Source of the DNA: Scenedesmus sp. PABB004
Taxonomy: Eukaryota
Direction of reading: 5' to 3'
Assembly: GCA_014905635.1 (NCBI GenBank)
Contig: JABVCE010000003.1
Location: 868,001 to 932,000 of the forward strand
DNA: 64,000 nt
The notes beneath the pieces were generated by a model. The model had not been told where the DNA came from. It ran no database searches and saw only the letters and a list, made by a program, of their open reading frames with translations. The stretch's first letter is position 1, and each line of letters opens with the position of its first letter. Made by a program: the position numbers and the translations under genes. Shown here in pieces: positions 60,978-64,000 of the stretch.

Positions 60978-61360
60978 GTGGGGCGGCCGAGGCGGGCGGC
61001 CGAGGCGGGAGGCGGGGCGGGGGCCGCACGAACTGGCGGGCGGGGAGGAGAGGGGCTCTGTTCGCCGCGCGCGCCTGGGCGAGCCCAGCGCGCGCAGCGC
61101 TGCCCCTGTCCCTGGGCGTGGGCATCTGTCCCCTGCGTGTCCGCGCGGGGGCCTCGGCCAGGGCGCGTGCGATCGACGGGTGCCATGGGGGGCTTGTTGT
61201 CGCGGTCCGCCCCTCGGCGGCCGGTGCTAGCCAGGCGTGCGAGCGAGCCATCCTGCGGTTGCAACTCGCCGCGCCGCGCGGCCGTGCCCAAGCCCCCCGC
61301 GCCAGGGCGTGAGCGCAGGGCGTGTCGCAGCCCCGGCGCCGCAGCCTCGCGCGCCCGCCC

Positions 61361-61533
61361 TCACTTTTTGCTGCTGCGCCGCCGCCCGCCGCTCGAGCTG
61401 CCGCCGCCGCTGCCCTCGCGCGCCGCCGGCAGCGGCAGCAGCGACGCGCCCTCCAGCTCGCCGTGCCCCTGCACGGTGCGCTGCGCCTCAATCGCAAACA
61501 TCAGGTCGCGCACCTGTGGGGGCAGCGCGCGCG

Positions 61534-61573
<40 letters not shown>

Positions 61574-63613
61574 CGGGTTCAACACACCGCGCCGCGCCCA
61601 CTGTGGCGGCCGCTCCCCCTGCGGCCGCTCCCCGGCGCGGCGCGGCGGCGGCTGGGGCGCGCCTGCTCCTGCAGGTCCGCGACCGCCGCGTCCTTCTCTG
61701 CGATCGCCGCCTGCGCGGCCTTGAGCTGGACGCCAAACTCCTTTTGGTTGGCCAGCAGCGTCTCGTTGAGGCTGCGCAGGAACTCACGCTCCTCGCCGAC
61801 CTTGGCCACGCTCGCGCTCACGTCCGACTGCCGCGCAGGGGAGCCGGAGCGGCGCAGCGCGAGGGGCGGCGCGCGGGGCGGCGTCGCGGCGCGCGGGCGA
61901 GCGAGCGAGCGGGCGCGAGGGCGGCGCGCCCGGCCCCGCGCCGCGCCGCGCCGCCGCGCCGGCCGCGGCGCGCGCACCAGCTTGCGCTCGAGCTGCTGCC
62001 GCCGCCGCTCCGCCTCCTTGGCGGCCGCCGCGTCGGCCGCGGCGCGCGCGCCCGCCGCGTCGGCGGCGGCGCGCGCGGCCGCGAGCGCGGCCGCGCTTCG
62101 CGCCTCGGCCGCGGCGAGGAGGCCTTCGAAGTAGGCCCGCTGGCTGTCGAGCTGCGTGGTCAGCAGGTAGTTGTACTCGGTCGTGATGGCGTCCAGCTTG
62201 CTGCTCACAATGACGTCCTTGACCTGCTGCGCCTCGTCAGCGCACACCGGGCAGCCTGCGGCCGCGCCGCCGCAGTCGCCGGCGCCGTCGTCGCCGTCGT
62301 CGTCGCCGTCGCCGCCGGCGGCGCCGCCCGCGCCGCCGCTCGAGCACGCGCCGTCTCCCGGCGGCGGCGCGGAGCCGCCGCTGCGCGCGCGCGCCAGGTG
62401 GTGGCGCCGCTGCTGCGCGGGGCTGCCGTGGCTGCACGCGGGCGCGGGCGACGGCACCTCCACCAGCTTGCCGTCCGTCTTGGACTGGATCAGCCTGCCC
62501 GCCCGGCGCGGCGCGGGGCACGGCGCGGCGGTGGGCGCGCTGCGGTGACCGCGCCGCGGCTGCACCGTCTTTGCCGCGCCGCGCCGCGCGCCCGCACCGG
62601 TGCACGTAGCCGTCGCCCGCGTAGTCCCACACGCGCTGCGTCTCCAGCTCCAGCGCGTAGCAGTGCGCCGACTCCTGCCAGTGGTCCGACGCGTGGCCCT
62701 GCTTGTACCTGCGGCGCGGCACAGCTCGGGGTGACGCCGCCGTCGCGTGCGCGGCGGCGCGCGCGCGCGCGCTCGCTGCCATGGGCCGCGTGCGGGCCGC
62801 TGCGGCGCGCCGCCGCGCCGCGCAGGGGCGCATGCGCTGCGCGCGCACCTGCCGCAGCCCACGTGGCCGCAGATGAGGCAGATCCAGAGGTTCTGCCCCG
62901 TCCCGCACGCGGCGCAGCGCGACGTCGGCGCGGCGCTGCCGGCGAGCATGCAGTAGCGGCACACGGGGCAGGAGGTGTCGCCCCAGCGCTTGAGGCACTC
63001 GCCGTGGAAGCGGTGGTTGCACACCTGGCCGCGCCGCCGCCGGGGCGCGGCGGCGGGGGGCGCGGGGCGGTGCGCGTGCGCGGGCGGCGCACGTGTGCGC
63101 GGGCGGCGGCGTGGAGCGGGGCGCCACGGCGCGCGGCGGGGGACGGCCGCCGCACCGTGGTGACCACGCCGCTGATGTGCTCGTCGAGGCGCTCCAGGCA
63201 CACGGGGCAGGTGGGCAGCTCGGTCGTGCCCGGCGGCGGCTCCAGCCACAGCAGCGCTGCCGCGGCGGCGGGGGCGACCGCGACCGCGCCGCTGGCCACG
63301 AGCGCGCCGCCGCCGCCGCCGCCGCCGCCGCCGGACCGCGGCGAGCCGGGCAGGCCGGACGCGGCCGCAGCCGCATAGCTCTGCTGCCCGCCCTCGCCCG
63401 CGCGCGGCGACGCGGCGGGGGCCTCGCCCCTGCCGCCGCCCTTGCTGCTGCTGCTGCCGCCGCCGCTGCTGCCGCTGCTGACGCGCTCCTTGCCGTTGGC
63501 CTGCCCGCCGGGCTCGCTCGCTGCCGCCGGCCGCTCAGCGTCTGCTCTGCTGCCCTGCTCCGCCGGCATGCCGCCGGCGGCCTCCGCTTTGCTGCTGCTG
63601 CTCGCGGGACTGC

Positions 63614-63647
<34 letters not shown>

Positions 63648-64000
63648 CGCCGCGAGCGCGGGCCGGCCGCGCGTCGACACGACCTCGACGCTGCGCACAA
63701 ACACCAGCCTGCGCGGGCGGGCGCGCGCGCGCGCGCGCTCGGCGCGCCGCCGCGCCCCGTGCCCCGCGCAGCTGCGCCCCGCGCCCCGCGCCCCGCGCCC
63801 CGCGCCCCGCGCCCCGCGCCCCGCGCCGCCGCGCCCCTGCGCCGCTGCGCCGCCGCGCCTGCAGGGGATGTCCGGCTCGAGGCTGGAGAAGGGCAGGCCG
63901 TTGAAGTCGGCGTGGAACGCCTCGGCCTTGTCGGGCGACGGGAAGGTCAGCAGCACCATGCACACGCTCGGCTGCGTGCCCTCGCGCCGCAGCACCTGCG
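61361..64000 (-). CDS. BRAP: BRAP2/BRIZ RING plus ZnF-UBP E3 ubiquitin ligase (5' end outside window)
   Basis: BRAP2 domain (MVLLTF...[12 protein letters not shown]), RING ([23 protein letters not shown]...CPVCRY), ZnF-UBP ([15 protein letters not shown]...[14 protein letters not shown]) and coiled coil ([20 protein letters not shown]). Confidence 0.95.
63774..63827 (-). repeat. Intronic (GGGGCGC)n minisatellite, about 7 copies
   Basis: gcgcccc repeated on the + strand within a BRAP intron. Confidence 0.85.

Noticed and set aside
1..64000. tRNA, rRNA, snoRNA or transposable-element genes
   Set aside because: None was recognisable by eye. Small intronic ncRNAs cannot be excluded without Infernal/Rfam and tRNAscan-SE.

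Overview
Extremely GC-rich (visually about 75-80%), gene-dense, intron-rich eukaryotic nuclear DNA. Plastid and mitochondrial proteins, TGTAA poly(A) signals and gene content point to a chlorophyte green alga, probably Sphaeropleales (inference). Most ORFs in the supplied track are GC artefacts, so genes were rebuilt by hand from recognisable exons. I find 16 genes: the 3' end of a polyQ protein, TIC21/PIC1-like, SKI2, a GT-B-like protein, a membrane hypothetical, COX6B, KU80, plastid NFU, a secreted Pro-rich protein, an LRR-receptor with tandem class III cyclase domains, a TRF4-like nucleotidyltransferase, MED7, a membrane-anchored GH5, an importin-13/transportin-SR-like karyopherin, BLTP2/SABRE and the 3' part of BRAP2/BRIZ. 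I saw no rRNA, tRNA, CRISPR array or mobile element. The most notable observations are: (1) a plant-RLK-type LRR ectodomain joined to a complementary C1/C2-like cyclase pair; (2) frequent GC-AG introns, several anchored by conserved motifs; (3) a type II membrane GH5; (4) a Ku80 tail with tandem KAE repeats and a PIKK-recruitment-like end; (5) very tight colinear gene spacing. Several single-base frameshifts in conserved genes look like assembly indels. Gene bounds are start and stop codons of manual models; no database search was run.
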